A stretch of 64,000 bases of DNA, from the NCBI GenBank assembly GCA_002104905.1, contig MCFE01000454.1, positions 8,763 to 72,762 of the forward strand, written 5' to 3'. The position numbers and the translations under genes were made by a program. How positions within the stretch are numbered: the stretch's first letter is position 1; every line of letters begins with the position of its first letter. This DNA is from Basidiobolus meristosporus CBS 931.73 (taxonomy: Eukaryota; Fungi; Basidiobolomycota). Of this stretch, positions 1 to 13,020 are shown piece by piece. The notes beneath the pieces were generated by a model, which was not told the DNA's origin, did not search any database, and worked only from the letters and a program-made list of their open reading frames with translations.

Positions 1-1565
1 GAGATCTTGAATGAGTTTTTGCCTCAAATGACTAATGTACTACATGATATATTAGTAGAGCTAAGTGGCTTCCAAGAGCAATATACACAGGACTCATCCA
101 GGCAACAGCTCCAAAGTATCAGACAGAGGGTAAGAGAATACCTTGAGGAATCAGATGGTGAGCTTCAGGAGGAAGAATTCAGACCGCAAGCAACATTGCC
201 CAGATTGCGCCAGCATGCCTTGCTGGATTCCCTACCATCTCTTACAGCCACAGTGTGCTGGCGCATGTCAGTCCAGACCACGCCAACACCCTTTACCAGA
301 ACGCCGCACATCAAGTCAACGCACATTGAGTCAACGCACATTGACCCAACACACGCTTCAGAGCAAAACTACAAGAACTTGCCAAACTGCTCATTTAGAT
401 ACAAGTTCATTGGAGCAGACTGAGTTGCGTCAACATGCAGCATCACATCAAACTCAGCCAAGGGCCATCTCAACGTGTCAAGGCGCACCTGCGTGTGCCA
501 TTTTGCCTGATCATCAGCAAGTTACTTCTGGTGAACTGACTGATGATGACCAACATGAAGTGCCTCAACCACTGGAGCCCTTGGCAAGTAAAAGAACGCG
601 TCATTGTGTGGCACTACAGGCTGGTTCAGTTGGTTCAGTTGGAGCAATTCAGCGTGGCCAAGCTGCAGCATTGCACTCATCAACTAGGAGGCAAAATACT
701 GACTACAAATACACAAGTAGCCAAGATGATAGTCAGCCAGGAAGTAGTATAGGTGTGCAAAGTGAGTCACTACCAAATGCTTCAGTAGTAATCCCTGTGA
801 GAAAAAAACCCAGGAGAAGATGATGCAATTGCTTTGAATTGCTCAGATTTGTAATGATCCTGACAACCATTTTTTTTGCAATTCAAATCAAGCCATCACA
901 TATCAGTGATCATCAAATTTTTGATATAACTAATATCAAGGTTGTCTCACATTTGAGACAGAACCTCTATAAATAAACACCCTGCATATATATATGTCAT
1001 CTGTAATACCAGTGCAGCTATTGGATCTGTTTTGCACCTACACAATTGCTTGCTTGCTAGCTATGTCACCTTGTCCAATCACTAGGATCAGGGACTTACT
1101 TGCACAATGGGCAAAATGGGATATTTGATAGCAAATCAGGTAGCTTTTTTAGTAGTCTATGAGCCAATTGGGGGCTGCCAGCTTCAGGATACTTTTGGAC
1201 CAATTAACCACTGAGATACCATCCAATTGGAGTGAGGGTAACCAAAATGGTAAGTATCAGTGTAGTTTATAGTGTGATACACATTTATTTCCATTTACAT
1301 TAAAGAAACATATCCAAATACCAAATTTTACCTGCCATAATATTGGTATCCAATTGCGCACGTGATGCAAACACTACAAGTTGGCGCAATCATCTGTGCC
1401 AACCTCATTGTGTCAGATTGTGACATAGTGTGCAAGATTGTCCTGCATAGTGCAAAATTGTCCAAGAATGATCCTGCCTTCTTGTAGCTATAATATTGCA
1501 CCCAATTGTTCTTTATGACCGCTGATTGCGCCGCGCACCCTGGCACAGTACAATGGAACAAGTCT
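1..1565. mobile_element. Interior and right end of a TIR element related to the fold-back MITE family, inserted into transposase copy 1
   Basis: Ends in ...GGCACAGTACAATGGAACAAGTCT (1542-1565), matching the MITE terminus at 8257-8280. It is followed by AAT, where transposase homology begins abruptly. Interior ORFs (7-423, 143-823) are unrecognised. Confidence 0.45.
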
Positions 1566-2932
1566 AATGCATTAAGTTGGCATTGATGATCTGCGTCTGG
1601 ATAAATATTCCTACAATGTCCACAGATGACTCCTGGTGCTTCCAATGTATTGTAAGTAGAAATGGCTTCAGAACACCACTTGAATAAATTCATATCCAGC
1701 TTATCCAGTCTGGGCATTTGTATTGTTGCATATGCATATGAATATTGATTGGAGCCTGTGAAAAGTACATAGGGTAGTGGATTCTCTGTAATATCTTGCC
1801 AGTTCTTTCAAACTTCTCTGGTATCACAAATGGCTCATTTAGCTTGAAATGCTCCATGCACATCTTAGTCATCAGTGTAGGGATATTGCTGAAAGGCAAA
1901 TGCATTACTCCAGCATACCCTTAATCTTAAGTATCTGCAGCTTCTGATTGATTCCATATTCTGGCTAATGGGTTATAGCTTGCCAACTTTGCCGCAATTG
2001 CATGCTGACTTCTTTATATTCTCTCTGTGGAAGGATGATGTTCTTAGTGCTAGTGTTTGGGTTATAATAATGTGTGTGAGTTATGCAGTAAGTCCCCTGG
2101 ATCTCACTCATTTGACAGCAATACCATCCATTGTGCCTAGAAAAACCTGCTATTTTGCTGATGGCCGGGGTATCTCCAATGCAGATTATAATATGCGCTT
2201 TACATGATGGCCATTTACTGTTATCCTGCTGGAAAGCATTCAAAATTCATCCTGCAATGGACACAGGTAGCTATCCAGGTTGGACAGTCATTTGGGCCCA
2301 GATACTAGTGAGACTACCATCAGATTATTGCTCTGATACCATAAGATAGGTGGCAGATTCAGATTGATGAGAATCAGTGGCCAGTAGGATTTGCTGGAAG
2401 GGTACTTGTTTAATGAGAATCCATCAAGTGCTAAAGCAAAGGCATGGTCATACATACCCTCAAAGTAGCCCTTGCTTCTTAGCTGTTTGTAATGTTTGCC
2501 ATTGTATATATATATATATAATGTCTCATTGCATATAGGAATTTGACCAGGCTCATATGTGTTATTGTTGTTACGGGAGATAGGCTCAGAATCTATCAGT
2601 GAGCCCTCTTTATCAGAGCTATCACTCTCCATGCCATATACTGAAGGCTGAGGTGAGCCTAAAGGTGTCACAAACTCACCTGACTCAGTTTGTGCAAGGT
2701 GGCAAAGACAGCTATGTGCTAATATAGAAGTATCAACTGGCTGGCAAAATAATGTTGCTACAGACGTGACCAATGAATGGTCAAATATGACTTGGGTAGC
2801 AAAACACTGGCTGTGATCCTTGTAATACTCCCTATGCTCTCTGAGTGTTTCATGGCTGAGAGGCTTGCTGCAATAGCCACATGGTATTTTTTCTCTTCTC
2901 TTATAGTGTTGAGTCAAAGTAGTCTTGTCCAT
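1566..2932 (-). pseudogene. CACTA/CMC-EnSpm (Tnp2, Transposase_21-like) transposase remnant, copy 1
   Basis: Motifs FALALDGF..WPLILINLNLPP..LVSGPK and HIIICIGDTPAISKIAGFSxHNG..C. Contains stops and frameshifts, an internal deletion near the TA microsatellite at ~2506-2522, and a 3' end cut by an insertion. Confidence 0.82.
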
Positions 2933-3154
2933 GGGGCAAACAGTTTGACCTTCAACAACATAACACTATTATATCACTTTTTGGTCAATACTCATGTGAA
3001 CTAAAGACAGTCTTGTATTTGAGACATTGCACCTACATGAATGTAAGATTCAAAGATGACCTGCCATAGTAAGCATTATAAATAAAGTTGTGGCACCACA
3101 TACATACATATATGTAACACTATTTCCCCTTTGGTTTGACTCACTTCCATATAT

Positions 3155-4174
3155 ATGCCGCCAAAAAATAAAGCAAAGTTGTCTGGTTCTCAACTAAATG
3201 CCACTACTGATGGCAACAGAAGAACGGTTGGACAACAGCTTGCTTTGACATTCAGTACAACAAGCAGGGCTACATCCAAAAAAGGCCCTGTGGACAGTGT
3301 GCCCATTGAAGGTAATAATGCGGACTCCTCAGGCTCTCAGTCAAGTAGGCAATTGAGAACCTTGGCAGAGCCACAAGCTGACCGTTATGCTCTGTCAGAT
3401 AAGAGTGTAGCAAACACAGTACCATCAGTAGAAGATCACCAAGTGGCCATGATAACATCACTATCACCCATATTTGCAAGTATGTTGTCAGCTCATACCA
3501 AAGCATTAATGAAGCAATTTGATGCAGTGGCTGATAGGATAGATGCAATGGCCCAGAGAAATCAGGAAGTAGTCCAGAAACAGGATGAGCAGATAATACA
3601 TGTAGAGCAATCAATATCCCAGGTAGAGAAAGCAGTATCTTTGCTGCAAAGAAGGAACTCAAGTAGCTCAATGTCACAGCCAAGAATTGAGCCATTTCCC
3701 AATGTAACAGCAGAGGAACACTGTACATTCTTTGAAGCACAACTACAGTGCCCAAAGATAAAGCCCACAGAAAAACCTATCACAGCATGGGAGGGAGACA
3801 ATGTGGTGATTATACCAAAGCCTAAAAACCAAAAGACATTGAAGATCCGTGAAGCTGTTGAGTGCAATAATGAAGAGTGGGCTAATATACAAGAGGCCAT
3901 CAGAAGTCTAGCATGCCATCACCTTAAGGCCGGCATACCATGGGACCATCAGGAACTCAAGGCCAAGCAGAATGCACTTGACTTGTTCCATGAGCATTAT
4001 CCTGGATTTAAATGGGCAAACAGATTTTGGGCCAGCATTGGTATGCTAAGAAAGTATCTTAAGAATAGCAGAAACTATCAAAGGCAGAAGAACAAGGGTG
4101 CCATGGCTAAAAACCAGCGGCTTCCTCAAGAGCCCATTACAAGCAGGGCCAAAAGCTCCAGACAAGCATCATAG
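3155..4174 (+). CDS. Transposon accessory ORF (339 aa; coiled-coil plus helical C-terminal domain), divergent from the transposase
   Basis: Open 339-aa ORF. A decayed homolog at 9705-10560 has the same head-to-head arrangement with a transposase and a similar spacer. Confidence 0.6.
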   Translation: MPPKNKAKLSGSQLNATTDGNRRTVGQQLALTFSTTSRATSKKGPVDSVPIEGNNADSSGSQSSRQLRTLAEPQADRYALSDKSVANTVPSVEDHQVAMITSLSPIFASMLSAHTKALMKQFDAVADRIDAMAQRNQEVVQKQDEQIIHVEQSISQVEKAVSLLQRRNSSSSMSQPRIEPFPNVTAEEHCTFFEAQLQCPKIKPTEKPITAWEGDNVVIIPKPKNQKTLKIREAVECNNEEWANIQEAIRSLACHHLKAGIPWDHQELKAKQNALDLFHEHYPGFKWANRFWASIGMLRKYLKNSRNYQRQKNKGAMAKNQRLPQEPITSRAKSSRQAS

Positions 4175-4259
4175 AGATGTCAGGCAGCTGTAAGAGTGCT
4201 AATTAAGGACAAGCAGGCAGACATGGATGCACCGGCACAACATTTATGAAGGAAAAAGT

Positions 4260-4530
4260 GTAGTACCACTCAAGAAGCACCCAGTCAAAGTAGCAGTGAT
4301 GGACCTGGCAGTGATAAAAGCCAGCCGCTTTACAGGAGCCCATCATAACTACGTTTGAGAGCTCAAAACAAGCTGAAAAGAAACGTCAGGTTGCCAGAAG
4401 AATGCCTGCAATGGACAAGAAGGCCAAAACAGATGCATCAGAGCAGAACTCATGAAGGAGAAAATTTAGTTCTTTAGAAGAAGCACTCAGACAAAGTAGC
4501 AGTGAAAGACCTGGCAGTGATAAAGGAAAA
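4260..4530 (+). repeat. Degenerate ~55-bp direct repeat pair downstream of the accessory ORF
   Basis: AAGAAGCAC(C/T)CAG(T/A)CAAAGTAGCAGTGA..GACCTGGCAGTGATAAA occurs at ~4272-4320 and ~4479-4525. Confidence 0.6.
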
Positions 4531-6031
4531 GGTAAAGGGAAAAATGTCTACCCAAGCCTGAGACAGTGAGGCATGCAAAAAAAACTGCAGTTCTTGCCAA
4601 TCAACACCGCAAGCCAGGAACAGACTGAATCCCATCATAGCCAAGAAGAGTTACCAACAAGAAAACAGCTGTTTTCACAAGAGCTGGAAGCGCAGCTAGT
4701 TGAGCTACACTCTAGCAAGGTACATGTGTTTGCTGAAAAAGGTAATTTGTCTACCACTGCCTCCACAGCCCCCACAGCCTCCATTGTTGACAGAGTGGAG
4801 ATCCCACTGACAGACAAGGCTACAATGTCAAGAGCTCAAAAGACTATCACAATGCATTCAGTGGAGTTTTGGAACATTAAAAGACACACCAAGAGGTTAC
4901 AGCACTTTTTCAAGAGCAGTGCTCAAGAAACACACTGGAATATTGCAAGAATTTATTGCGAAGACTGGCAGATGAGGAGCTAGACCTTGCAGTGCCAGCT
5001 GAAGACCAGGATGTGTGGGAACCAGTGAATGAACAGTGGCATAAAGCTGTTGGGTTCCTGCCAAAGTTGTGGAACCAGAGCATTACAGCAGAAATACTTA
5101 TTGAGTGGTGGATTTTAATGGAGTTACTTGTTGAGTGTAGGGTTGGGCTTAAGGTTAGTGTAGGGTATAGAGACTTGTATAGGTCAATACAATTGGCAAT
5201 TGAGGTACAACTGAATTTTCAATGGAAATAAATCAATTTGTATGCATGAAAAGTAAGAGAAACGGTTGAGTCAGGAAGTAAGGAGTGTGAAAAAGAGCCA
5301 ATAGCCAACCAATTCACACAAACATAGGAGGCAATATATGAGCAAATTGGCAGGGAACCAATCAACAGCCACTTATACATTGTAGTGCTGAAGAATTTTG
5401 ACAAAGTTTTTTGTGAAATATGGGGTGCAAGTATTTTTCAATGGTCTCTGGACAGTGTCCTGACAAGATCAGTACCTCTGAGTTACGGGACATTAACTTT
5501 GTGACGGTCTTTTGACAGGATCATCTCAATAATTTTTCATAGGGTATCAAGGCCAGTGTTTTGCCACACAACTCATGTTTGATCATTCACCAGTAACTAC
5601 TGCACTAACAATATCTTGCCAGCCACTTGATACTTCTATAATTGCACCTGGCCATACTTATCACCTTCCACAAACTGAGTCAGGTGAGTTTATGGCACCT
5701 TTAGGCCCACTGCAGCCTTCTGAATATGGCACATAGAGTGATAGCTCTGAAGAAACAGGCTTACTTATGGATAGTGAACCTATCTTCCCTAATAACAGTA
5801 CCCTGCATGCACCTGACAGAATCCCATTATGCAACAAGACAACACCTGTAAAAAAAAATACCTAGGATCCTTTATGGAGTCAAGTGAGCCCAGTAATCTA
5901 TCAACTGGTGAATGATGTGGTGTTGTGGCTAGGGAAGTGGTGTGCTTCCACTAATATGAGCTATGGGGGCCTTGAGGACTTATTACCACTTGTTGCCAAA
6001 ATCATTCTGGGATGCAGCCTACCATATACAT

Positions 6032-6423
6032 GAGTTGTGTTCCATTGGATAGTGCCACATTAAGCCATGAGTGCCAAATGATGCCATAGTGTGCCAGAGG
6101 GGCCAAGTGAACCTATACTTGCCCACAGAGTGTGAATCATAGCTCTGCATCTTCATACAAAGCTGTCCCTGTGTTTACCCATTGTGTTGGAGAAAATCCA
6201 TTTTTTGACCTTTTTTTTAGGTTAATGTAGTGCAGGATGTGTAAGAACACAAAAGGATTGAAGACATGCATCATAGGTGAAACATAGGGGCTGCTTTGCA
6301 TATAGATGTGGAGCTATGTTTCACACTCTGTGGCCAAGTATAGGTTCACTTGGCCTCTCTGGCACACTATGGGATCATTTGGCACTCATAGCTCAATGTG
6401 GTACTATCCAACAGAACAAGTCT
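6032..6423. mobile_element. Fold-back MITE, internally deleted copy
   Basis: Inverted arms TTCCATTGGATAGTGCCACAT... / ...GTACTATCCAACAGAACAAGTCT. The right end is followed by ATT; the left terminus is degenerate. The segment is absent from transposase copy 2. Confidence 0.7.
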
Positions 6424-7549
6424 ATTGTATAAATGGACAAGCATCATGTGGCTAGCAACATATGACCCAGAGACTGTCCTGATACTTGCATGTGCTAACA
6501 GTTGCATGGTATTCACATTAGAAAATGCCACCATTGCAAGGTGTCCAACTTGTTAGGAATCTACCACCTTTGGGGGAAGACATTACTCACACTCCAGACA
6601 TATTCCAGTAATACCCTATCTAAAGAAGCTCATGCAGTCCAACATATATTGTGAAGCTATATAGTACTGCACTCAGTACTGATCAAGAGCAAACATATCA
6701 AATATATACAATGGTAATCATTACAAACAGCTAAGAAGCAAGGGCTACTTTGATGGTATGTATGACCATGCCTTTGTCTTGGCACTTGATGGATTCTCAT
6801 TAAACAGGTACTCTACCAGCAAATCCTGCTGGCCACTGATTCTCATTAACCTGAATTTGCTACCTATTGTACAGTATCAGAGCAGGAATCTGATAGTAAT
6901 CTCACTGGTATCTGGGCCTAAATCACTGCCCAACCTGGATAGCTCCCTGTATCCATTGCTGAATGAATTTTGTATGCTTTCCAGCAGGATAACACTTAAC
7001 AGCCATCATGTCAATTCCCATATTATTATCTGCATTGAAGATACCCCAGCCATCAGCAAGATGGCTGGCTTTTCTTGGCACAATGGATGGTACTATTGTC
7101 AAACATGTGAGATCTGGGGGACTTCCTCCAAAACTCACACACACTATTATTACCCAAACACCAACACAAAGAACGTCATCTTTCTGCAAAGAGAACATAT
7201 AGAAGTCAGCATGCAATTGCAGCATATTGGGCAAGCTATGAGCCATTGGCCAGAATATGAAATTAATTGGAAATCAGAGATACTTAAGATAAAGGGTATC
7301 TGCTGGAGCAAACGCTTTCTGCTGGGAGCAATGCACTTGCCTTTCAACAATATCCTTATACTGATGACCATGCTGTACATGCAACTTTTCAAGCAAAATA
7401 AGCCCTTTGAGATACTGTAGAAATTTGAAAGAATTGGCAAGATATTGCAGAGTATTTGCTACCCTAAGTACTTCTCACAGGCTGCAATCAACATTCATAC
7501 ATGTATGCAACAATACAAGTGCAAGGACTGGATGAACTGGATAGGTATT

Positions 7550-8280
7550 AGACTTCTTCCGTTGGATAGTGCCACATTGAGCCATGAGTGCAAAATAATG
7601 CCATAGTGTGCCAGAGAGGCCATGTGAGCCTATACCTGGCCACAGAGTGTGAAACATAGCTCTTCATCTTCATGCATAGCAGCCCCTGTGTTTCACCCAT
7701 TGTGTTGGAGAAAATCCATTTTTTGACCTTTTTTGGATCAATGTTGTGCAAGATGTGTAGGAGCACAAGCGGATTGAAGATATGCATCTGGTACTCAATA
7801 CCCATGTCACTCTGAATCTAGCTCCTGTGGCTTGTGACATGTCACAAAAATGTACGGCACTGTCTTGGTCCACTGGTACTATATGGCACTATAAGTGCTT
7901 TGTATAGGTCTTACTTTAGGGCTAATATTTAAACATAGTGCCAGATAGTACCAGTGGACCAAGATAGTGCCGTACATTTTTGTGACATGTCACAAGCCAC
8001 AGGAGCTAGATTCAGAGTGCCATGGGTATTGAGTACCAGATGCATATCTTCAGCTCTCCTGTGCTCTTACACATCCTGAGCTACATTGATCCACAAAAAA
8101 AGGGCAAAAAAAAGATTTTCTCTTGCGCAATGGGTGAAACACAGGGGCTGCATTACATGAAAATGCAGAGCTATGTTTCACACTCTGTGGCCTAGTATAG
8201 GCTCACTTGGCCTCTCTGGCACACTATAGCATTATTTGGCACTCATAGCTCAATGTGGCACTATCCAATGGAACAAGTCT
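7550..8280. mobile_element. Fold-back MITE, 731 bp, ~344-bp inverted arms, 3-bp ATT target duplication
   Basis: AGACTTCTTCCGTTGGATAGTGCC ... GGCACTATCCAATGGAACAAGTCT, flanked by ATT at 7547-7549 and 8281-8283. Removing it restores transposase sequence colinear with 12500-12540. Confidence 0.88.
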
Positions 8281-9589
8281 ATTTATTCAAGTGGCCTTCT
8301 GAAGCCATTTCTACCAAGAGTACATCTGAAGCATTGGGAGTCAGATGTGGACATTGTAGGAATATTTATCTGGAAGTGGATAACCAATACCAACTTGACA
8401 CATCTACAGCTTTTGTGCAAAGTGTTTGTGACTGGATTTGAGTAGCTTTACTATAATTGGAAAGCTGAATGCGTAGATCTCTACTGCTACTGTATCCATT
8501 TGCTACTCCATCTTGCTTGGTGTGTTGAGAATATTGGACCTTGCTTTACCTTTTGAGAGTGTCCTATGGAGCAGAAGTGTGGGGAGATAGGAAGATGTGT
8601 CAAGCTGCAGGTACTACTATATCCCAATCTCATCAAGAATGTTACCGTCAAGTCCATCATGTATGTGATGAGTTGGCACATGGAGAACAGCAAGGAAGAG
8701 TTGGAAAATACTGAGGACAGATGTGCACATGGATACACTTATGCTTGTGGCATTAAGATGCTTAGCAGCCCCAATGTATGGGTAATTGGCTAAGTAATGT
8801 AAAGTTGGGTTGGTGCAACAAGTAACTAATTCTATCAGGAAAACTCTACCAAGGTATGCCGGATTTCTCTTGGTCACAGGCCAATTTCTACACAATTCAA
8901 CATGGAATTCACACAAACAAAAGCCAGAGTGCACCTATAAGGGGGACTAGAATTCAGCAGGGAGAAGGAATATATTGGCTAAATACCAAAAAGTTCTTTG
9001 CGGATATTCAGGAGATATTCATGGCAAAAGTGGTGGCAACCAAGCATATGTTTGCAAGATGTATATGTTACCAGCAATACAAGGTATGTGGCAACTTTGC
9101 AAGCATCACACTAAAAAGCTGTAAATCTGATGCCATAGAAGTATGTCAATTGTGTCAGGTGTGCAGATATGTAGAAGTAGTAAGCAGAAGGCCATAGTAT
9201 TTTGATTCAGAGTATATGTGGAATACCCAAGATAGTAGTAGGTTAGCAAATAAAGAGGGGTGATTCTACAGTGGAATATATGAATTGTGCAAGAGGAGGT
9301 AGAAAAGGAAACCCCATCTGGTAAATTGGTATGGGAGCATTATACAAAACTAGCTGTAAGCCACTATACTGCCATAATAATGCCATCAGTGGCTTACAAA
9401 GAGTCCATCAAAACACTGTCAAGTTTTTTGCCATATAAGGCAATTGGATATACTGGCTGGTTAAATCCACTCAGATAGTTGTAAAGGGTGCTAAGACTGC
9501 AATAATGCCATGCCACCCTTGGCAAAACACTAAACAAATGCTGTTATATTTTTCAACTTTATTTGGTTGTAAAATTAGCAAAATGCCAG

Positions 9590-9704
9590 AAGAGCAATGT
9601 TTCACACTGTGTGGCTGAATTTAGGTCTGCTATGCCTCTCTGGCACACAATGGCACTATTTGGCAGTCATAGCTCAATTTGGCACTCTACAACTGAACAA
9701 GTCT
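9590..9704. mobile_element. Right arm fragment of the fold-back MITE family
   Basis: TTCACACTGTGTGGC...GGCACTCTACAACTGAACAAGTCT followed by AAT, at which point accessory-ORF homology begins. Confidence 0.7.
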
Positions 9705-10560
9705 AATGCTCATACAACAGATCAAGCACATTCTGCATAGCCTTGAGTTCCTGATGATCCCATGGTATGCCAGCCTTGATATGATGCTAGCTAGATTTCT
9801 TACAGCCTTTTGAATATTAGCCCACTCTTCCTCATTGCACTCAACAGCTTCATGAAACCTCAATGCGCTCAGCTTTATAGTATTGGGTATAGGTATCACA
9901 GTCACTACCTTTCCTGCTGTGATGGATTCTCAGTGGGCATTATGTTTGGGCACTGTACTTGTGCTTCAAAGACTATGTGGTGCTCCTCTGCTGTTATATT
10001 GTGAAATGGCGCATTTCTTGGCTGTGATACTGAGTGACTAGAGTTCCTTCTTTGCAGCCTGAACACTGAATTCTCCACCAAGCATATTAAATGCTCCACA
10101 CATATTATCCACTCATCCTGCCTCTGGGATACTTCCTGATCTCTCCAGGCTATTGTGTCTATCCTATTAGCCACTGCACCCAATTGCATCCTTGATGCTT
10201 TGGTATGAGCTGACAACATACTTGTTAATACTGGTGGTGATCTTTTGATGGCCATTTGCTACTTTTCTACCAGAGGTGCTGTGTCTGCTGCATTCTAATC
10301 AGCCAAAGCATTATGATCAGCTTGCAGATCTGCAGAGATTCTCAATTGCCTACTTGACTGAGAGCCTGAGAAGTCCATATTATTACCTTTAGGAGGGACA
10401 CTTTTGGCATGGTCTTTTCTAGATGTTGCCCTGCTTGTTGCACTACATCTCAGAGCATGCTGTTGTCCAACCATTTCTCTGCTGTTGTTTGCAGTGGGGC
10501 TTGATTGGGAACCAGACCACTTTGCTGTATTTTTGGTAGCATAGATGTGGAAGTGAGCCA
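9705..10560 (-). pseudogene. Decayed copy of the transposon accessory ORF
   Basis: Fragments KWSGSQSS..VGQQHAL..ATSRATS..SGSQSSRQLR, MLSAHTKA..VANRID and EAVECNEEEWANIQ match 3155-4174, with frameshifts and stops. Confidence 0.8.
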
Positions 10561-10749
10561 AACCAAATGGGAGGTAGTGTTACACATACATGTGTAGGTG
10601 GTGCCATGGCTTTATTTATAATGCAAACCAAGGTGAGGAATAATTGAATCTTACATTCAAGTAGGTGCAATATCTCAAATACAAAACTGTCTTAAATTTG
10701 CATCAGTATTGACATAAAAATGATTTGATAGCATTATGCTGTTAAGTGA

Positions 10750-13020
10750 CAAGCTGTTTGCCCCTAGGACAAGACTACTTTGACTCAAAGCCTTAAGAGA
10801 TAGGAAAAACATCCATGTGGCTATTGTAGTAAGCCTCTTGGCCATGAGGTATGCAGAGGGAATAGGGAGTACTCTAAGGATCATGGCCAGTATTTTGCCA
10901 CAGAAGTCATATCTGAGCCTTCATTAGTCACTACTGTACCAACCAAATCTTGCCAGCCACTTGATACTTCAATAATGGCACTCAGCCATACTTGCCACCT
11001 TGCATACCCTCATTCAGGTGAACTTGTGACACCTTTTGGCTCACCTTAGCCTTCTGAATATGGCCCATAGATTGATAGCCTGGAAGAAAAAGGCTCACTG
11101 ATTGATTGTGAGCTATCTCCTCTCACAACAGCATCCTGCATGAGCCTGGCAAATTCCTAATGTGCTATGGGACAACACTTGTGGGAGAAAAAGCCAAGCA
11201 CACTTTAGGGGGTCAAGTGGGCTCAGTAATCCATCTACTGGTGAATGATGCAATGTTGTGGCTAGAGAAGTGGTGTACTTCCCCTAATATTGGTAATGGG
11301 GGCTTGAGGATTTACTGCAACTTCTTGCCAAAATCATTCCAGAATGCAACTTACCATGCACTAAGTATAAGTGGAAACTGTCATGCAGCTGGTGATACAT
11401 GACCCAGAGACCATCCTGATACAAGCATGTGCTAACAGTTACATGGCATCACATCAGAAAATGCCATCATTGCAAAGTGTCTAACTTGTCATGAATCTAC
11501 CATCACAGGAGGAAAACATTGTTCAAACTCTGGATATACTCCAGTAATACCCCATCTGAAGAAGCTCATTCAGTTCAACAAATACTGCAAAGTTTTAAAG
11601 TACTGCCCTCAGTTTCAATAAAGCATAAGCATTTCCAGTATATTTGATGGCAATATTACAAGTAACTAAGAAGTAAGGGCTACTCTAATGGTATGTATTG
11701 CTGTAAATATCTTGGAGATATTGGAAGTGATTGGGAGAGCAAGTATATTTTGCCTTGGCACTTGATGGATTTCCACTTAGCAAGTACTTTACCAGCATAT
11801 TATGCTGGCTACTGACCCTCATCAACCTGAATCTGCTGCCAATCTTACAGTATCAGAGCAAATATCTGATGGTAGCCTCACTGGTATCCAGATCTATATC
11901 ACTGTCCAGCCTGGATAGCTACCTATACCCATTGCTGGAAGAATTTTGTATGCTATCCAGTGGGGTACTAGTAAATGACTGTCATTTCAAAGTGCATGTT
12001 ATTATCTGCATTGGAGATACCCCAGCCATCAGCAAGAAATCAGGCTTTTCTGGGCACAATTGAGAGTATTGGTGTCAAATATGTGAGATCCAGGGTATTT
12101 GCTCCATAGGTCAAACACATCATTATTATCCAAACACTAATATTAAGAACACCATCTTACCACAGAGAGAACATACAGAAGTTAGTATGCAATTGCAGCA
12201 AATTGGGCAAGTAATAAGCCATTAGCCAGAATATGGAATTATTCAAAAGCTGGAGTTACTGAAGATAGAGGGAATCTGTTTGGGCAAAAGCTTTCCACTG
12301 GGAGCATTGCATTTGCTCTTTGACAACATCCCTCTAGAAATGACCAAATTGTAGTTGGGGCATTTTAAGCTGAATGAGCCCTTTGAGATACCGGAAAATT
12401 TTGAAAGAATTGGCAAGATATTACAGAGTATCTGCTACTCATAGTATTTTGCACAAGCTCCAATCAATATTCATATGCATATGCAACAATACACATGCAA
12501 GTACTGGATGAACTGGTTATGCATTTATTCAAGTGGCTGTCTGGAGCCATTTCTACCAAGTGTACATTGGAAGCATTGGAAGTCACATGCTGACATTGTA
12601 GGAATATTCATCCAGAAGCAGATCACCAATACCAACTTGATGCATCTACAGCTTTTATGTGGGGAGTTTGTGATGGGATTTGAGTGGCTATACTACAAGC
12701 ATAGAGCTGAATGTGTAGATCTCTGCTGCTACTGCAACCATTCTCTACTCCATCTGGCTTGGTGTGTGGAGAATATTGGGCCTTGCTTCACCTTTTAGGA
12801 GTTTCCTATGGAGCAGATGTGTGGGGAGATAGGAAGACCAGTCAAGTTGCAAGTACCACCATATCCTGGTCTCATCAAGAATATTACCTTCAAGTCTGTC
12901 ATGGATGTGATGAGCTGGCACATGGAGGACAGCCAGGAAGAGTTGGAAAATAATGAGGACAGATGTGCACATGGAGACACCTATACCTTTGGTGTTAAGA
13001 AGCTAAGCAGCCCCAATATA
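10750..13020 (+). pseudogene. CACTA/Tnp2 transposase remnant, copy 2 (most complete, many stops)
   Basis: FALALDGF..LINLNLLP..HVIICIGDTPAISKKSGFSGHN (11731-12063), LLHLAWCVENIGPCFTF (12475-12798) and MEQMCGEIGR (12808 onward). Inverted relative to copy 1. Confidence 0.85.

Larger units (their letters stand above)
5580..8800 (+). pseudogene. CACTA/Tnp2 transposase remnant, copy 3, interrupted by two MITEs
   Basis: FVLALDGF..WPLILINLNL..GPK..HIIICIEDTPAISKMAGFS (6758-7420) and the DUF4218-like LLHLAWCVENIGPCFTF.ECPMEQKCGEIGR (~8500-8600). Colinear with copies 1 and 2 outside the insertions. Confidence 0.82.
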
